From an uncultured Puniceicoccaceae bacterium (GTDB lineage: Bacteria; Verrucomicrobiota; Verrucomicrobiia; Opitutales; CAZYUX01): a stretch of DNA of 49,210 bases. The notes beneath the pieces were generated by a model. That model ran no database searches and was not told the DNA's origin. It was given only the letters and a program-made list of their open reading frames with translations. The stretch lies in assembly GCA_964650745.1 (NCBI GenBank), contig CAZYUX010000001.1:1-49210 (forward strand), written 5' to 3'. The position numbers and the translations under genes were made by a program. Of this stretch, positions 46,457-49,210 are shown piece after piece (within the stretch, counting starts at the first letter, position 1; each line of letters opens with the position of its first letter).

Positions 46457-47398
46457 TTAAAGGGAGGTGATTTTGAGCAGTTCGTCGCGGCGGCGCCGGA
46501 TTTCGGCGGGGCCGGCGGATTCGAGCCGGCCGCAGCTGAAGGCTTCGACGGTCAGGCTGGCGGTGGCCGCGGCATAGAGCATGGCTTGCTTCAAGGCCGT
46601 GAATCCGGTCTCTCCCAGAGCCGCCAGCGCGCCTAACAAGGCGCCCGCGAAAGCGTCACCCGCGCCTGTCGGATCCCGCAGCTCCGTGACGGGATAAGCC
46701 GGCAGAGCGAACATGCCTTCCGGATGGAACAACACGGCGCCGTGTTCGCCTTTTTTGATGATGATGGCTTCGGGGCCGTTTTTCAGGAGTTGGCGGCCGG
46801 CGCGGATAAGATTGTGCTGGCCGGTCATGAGCTGGGCTTCGCTGTCGTTGATCACCAGCAGGCTGACGCGGCGGACTATCTCCTCGAACGCCGGCAGCTC
46901 GGTTTTGATCCAGAGGTCTATGGTGTCGGCGGCGGTGAAGGGTTCGGGGCAAGTAAGCCGGTCGAGGACGTGCCGCTGGAGGCCGGGGTGGATGTTGCCG
47001 AGAAGCACGTAGGGCGTTGCCCGGTAGCTTTCCGGCAGGTCGGGCCGGAATTTCTCGAAGACGTTGAGCTTGATTTCAAGCGTGTCGCGGCGGTTGAAGT
47101 TCTCGTGGTAGCGGCCTTTCCAGAAAAAAGTCGGCCCGGATTCGTCGCGCTGCAAGCCCTCGAGATCAATGCCGCGGCGGCGGAACTTCTCGATAAATTG
47201 AGGATCGAAATCGTGCCCGACGACGCCCGCCAGCCGGGCCGGAGCGAAGCAGCTGGCCGCCAGGGCGGCGTACGAGGCCGAGCCGCCCAGCAGGCGTTCC
47301 CCGGTTTCAAAGGGCGTGACGATGTTGTCGTAGGCCACCGAGCCGACCACGAGCACAGGGTCCGGCGGGCGTTCCGAAAGCTGGACGGTTTCAGTCAT
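46457..47398 (-). CDS. PfkB-family sugar/nucleoside kinase
   Basis: 'VLVVGSVAYDNIVTP', 'LGGSASYAALA' and the C-terminal 'DPTGAGDAFAGALLGAL'. I chose the start at 'MTETVQ' because it avoids overlap with the upstream gene. Confidence 0.85.
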   Translation of the reverse strand: MTETVQLSERPPDPVLVVGSVAYDNIVTPFETGERLLGGSASYAALAASCFAPARLAGVVGHDFDPQFIEKFRRRGIDLEGLQRDESGPTFFWKGRYHENFNRRDTLEIKLNVFEKFRPDLPESYRATPYVLLGNIHPGLQRHVLDRLTCPEPFTAADTIDLWIKTELPAFEEIVRRVSLLVINDSEAQLMTGQHNLIRAGRQLLKNGPEAIIIKKGEHGAVLFHPEGMFALPAYPVTELRDPTGAGDAFAGALLGALAALGETGFTALKQAMLYAAATASLTVEAFSCGRLESAGPAEIRRRRDELLKITSL

Positions 47399-47402
47399 TT
47401 TT

Positions 47403-47753
47403 TCAAGATGAAACATTGAGGGATGCGACGAAGAGCGTGTCGTCGTCAATTTCCACGTGAATGCCGTAACTCCCCGGCTGCGGGAAGGGCAGGTTTTTGA
47501 TTTCGTTGATGAGGTTGATGTTGTGGTGGGGGCTTTTCGACTCGAATTTGTGTTCGACCAGTTTTTTGCTTTCCTCCATGGGCAGGCCCATGGAGATTTT
47601 GAGTGAGTGCTCGCCCACTGGCACGTCCGTGACGGTCATGAACCAGAACATGCGGGGGTGCGCGGCGGGAAATTTTTTCACCCGGATGTTCGAAAATGTG
47701 CCCAGGATGTAATGCTTGTTCGTCGTCGGGTCAATGTGGACAGCGTCACACAT
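47403..47753 (-). CDS. Small hypothetical protein (beta-rich, DUF-type; possibly DUF6941-like)
   Basis: 'MCDAVHIDPTTNKHYILGTFSNIRVKKFPAAHPRMFWFMTVTDVPVGEHSLKISM...GSYGIHVEIDDDTLFVASLNV'. The start is inferred at Met 58 of track ORF 47403..47924. The family assignment is from memory only. Confidence 0.5.
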   Translation of the reverse strand: MCDAVHIDPTTNKHYILGTFSNIRVKKFPAAHPRMFWFMTVTDVPVGEHSLKISMGLPMEESKKLVEHKFESKSPHHNINLINEIKNLPFPQPGSYGIHVEIDDDTLFVASLNVSS

Positions 47754-47884
47754 CAGCCAGCAAAGGAGTGTCGGTTTTGTGCTCAAAACGCGGGCATGTT
47801 GCGCGCTCCCGGCGGGTTTGCCAACACGAAAGTCCGTTTTGGCAAAAATAAGCCGGCTGGGAGCGGACTCAAGCGAACCCGATC

Positions 47885-48436
47885 TTATGCGCGGTTTGCT
47901 TTTCCGCGGCGCCTGCCGCGCCACAGGCGGTATCCCAGCGCCAGCCCCGCCAGAGGCAGGTAAAAGAGCAATTCAACGGCGCAGACTTGGGCGGTGTGCC
48001 AGTTGAGAGGGGGCGGAATAGCCTCGATGTTGCCAAACCAGGGGACGGGCAAAGCGAGGCGCGAATGGTAAAAGGGCCATAAAACGCGCAACCCCATTCC
48101 GTGGGCGTAGAGGGAATCGAGAAACGGGTGACTGAGCCATGCCAGCGCGCCGCCGGCCGCCGCCGGCCAGCCGCCTGTTTTTTGCCGCAAGCCGGGCCAA
48201 AGGGCCAGGGCCGCCGCCGCCGGGGCCATCAATGCCAGGTTGACGAAATAACTGTGGCTGATGCGGTAATGACCGTGGCTGGAGTGTCCCCAGCCGGGGA
48301 GGGGCCAGTCGGGCGCCAGCGCCAATGCGGCGCACCCCGCTATGAAAAAGGCCCTGTGGCGGGCCCGGGAAAACCGTCTTGGCATGAAGAGGATACCGGC
48401 CGCCACGCCCATCAAGCTGTGCCCTATGGGTGTCAT
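47885..48436 (-). CDS. Membrane-bound metal-dependent hydrolase (YdjM/DUF457-like)
   Basis: 'MTPIGHSLMGVAAG', several hydrophobic segments, and the His-rich 'WGHSSHGHYRISHS' and 'LSHPFLDSL'. Confidence 0.6.
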   Translation of the reverse strand: MTPIGHSLMGVAAGILFMPRRFSRARHRAFFIAGCAALALAPDWPLPGWGHSSHGHYRISHSYFVNLALMAPAAAALALWPGLRQKTGGWPAAAGGALAWLSHPFLDSLYAHGMGLRVLWPFYHSRLALPVPWFGNIEAIPPPLNWHTAQVCAVELLFYLPLAGLALGYRLWRGRRRGKANRA

Positions 48437-48529
48437 CGGGCGGAACGGTCCTCATCCCGGTGTTCTGCGCGCCTGCCGCGTCGCTTTTTGCCCGTCACGA
48501 GAAATCCGGCTCCGGAAAAACAGAACCGG

Positions 48530-48784
48530 CTAATCCTGTTTTTTAGACCGCCCGGCATATTTGCGCGGGGACTCCGCGGCTTTTGCGGTTCTCACAATTT
48601 CTTCGATGCGGTAAACGGTCTCCTGCCTGGCGGCTTTGTCGAGCACCATGCGCACGTAGGCGCTGAGTTTCATGCCGGAGCGCGCGGCCAATTCGTCCAG
48701 CTTTTCACGCAACTCGATCGGCATATTGACGTTGAGGTTTTTCGTGTTGGGACCTATGGGATTTGTAGCCATACAAATATGCAA
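48530..48784 (-). CDS. Ribbon-helix-helix (CopG/Arc/MetJ-type) DNA-binding protein
   Basis: 'LNVNMPIELREKLDELAARSGMKLSAYVRMVLDKA' shows the beta-alpha-alpha pattern. The start may be the Met at 48772. Confidence 0.7.
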   Translation of the reverse strand: MHICMATNPIGPNTKNLNVNMPIELREKLDELAARSGMKLSAYVRMVLDKAARQETVYRIEEIVRTAKAAESPRKYAGRSKKQD

Positions 48785-48955
48785 GGTTGATAAAATTTAG
48801 AATAGTTCAAGCTTTTAATAACATTTTATTTCTTAAACAAGAAGATATTCCCGGACTTGTGCGCATTTATAAGACGCGCCTGTAAACTGTTTATTCCTGT
48901 GTGAACGGGAAAAAGTCATGATATTCCATTTATGAAGAAGGAAGGCGCGGATGCT

Positions 48956-49210
48956 TCAGCCAAGGGCGACATCGAGGGTCATCATGACGGCGAAGCCGAG
49001 AATGGCGCCCATCGTGGCCAGGTCGGTGTTTTTTTCCCGCTGGGATTCCGGGATGAGTTCCTCGACCACCACGTAGATCATCGCGCCAGCCGCGAAGGCC
49101 AGCGCGTAAGGGAGGATGGGGCGCATCAGAATCACCGCCGCCGCGCCGGCGGCTCCCGCCACCGGTTCAACCGCCCCGGAGAGCTGGCCGAACCAGAAGC
49201 TCTTCACCCG
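48956..49210 (-). CDS. ZIP-family (ZupT/GufA-like) metal transporter, C-terminal part only; the gene continues beyond the 3' window edge
   Basis: '[15 protein letters not shown]...[21 protein letters not shown]...[20 protein letters not shown]'. The ORF is open to the window end. Confidence 0.85.
   Translation of the reverse strand, partial: RVKSFWFGQLSGAVEPVAGAAGAAAVILMRPILPYALAFAAGAMIYVVVEELIPESQREKNTDLATMGAILGFAVMMTLDVALG

Overview
This is a GC-rich, gene-dense bacterial chromosomal segment with about 45 protein genes on both strands. I recognise no rRNA, tRNA, CRISPR array, transposase, integrase or phage gene. Several features suggest a PVC-group organism (Verrucomicrobiota, Kiritimatiellota or Lentisphaerota): four prepilin-type N-terminal methylation proteins, a giant Ig-repeat surface protein and a GAF-fused GspE-like ATPase. 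That assignment is inference only.

The backbone is housekeeping: murA, rho, psd, surE, ruvA, ruvB and ruvC at three separate sites, secA, UDP-glucuronate decarboxylase, a TrpG/PabA-type amidotransferase, nrdR, a HIT protein, feoAB, a PfkB kinase and a ZIP transporter cut by the 3' edge.

I see no classical defence island or mobile element. The loci I judge most worth a second look are:
1. A Trp-rich C-terminal module shared by the giant Ig-repeat protein (5079..5480) and an unrelated lipoprotein (28052..28327). It may be an undescribed envelope-anchoring or sorting domain.
2. An MtaB-like (methanol:corrinoid methyltransferase family) gene coupled to a SAM methyltransferase (22473..24475), with no corrinoid partner in the window.
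3. A translationally coupled pair of amidohydrolase-fold genes in which the first has lost every metal ligand (34665..36232).
4. A gpgS / GT4 / HAD operon (30017..34541), which fits synthesis of a glucosylglycerate-derived compatible solute.
5. A T-depleted stretch that encodes an extremely basic, low-complexity protein upstream of murA (5669..6295).
6. A small protein with H-NS-like architecture, sitting in an AT-rich island with a perfect palindrome (41363..41953).
7. An orphan minor-pseudopilin operon (10955..13611) and a GAF-GspE ATPase (25271..27589).

All functional calls come from reading motifs by eye. No database search was run.
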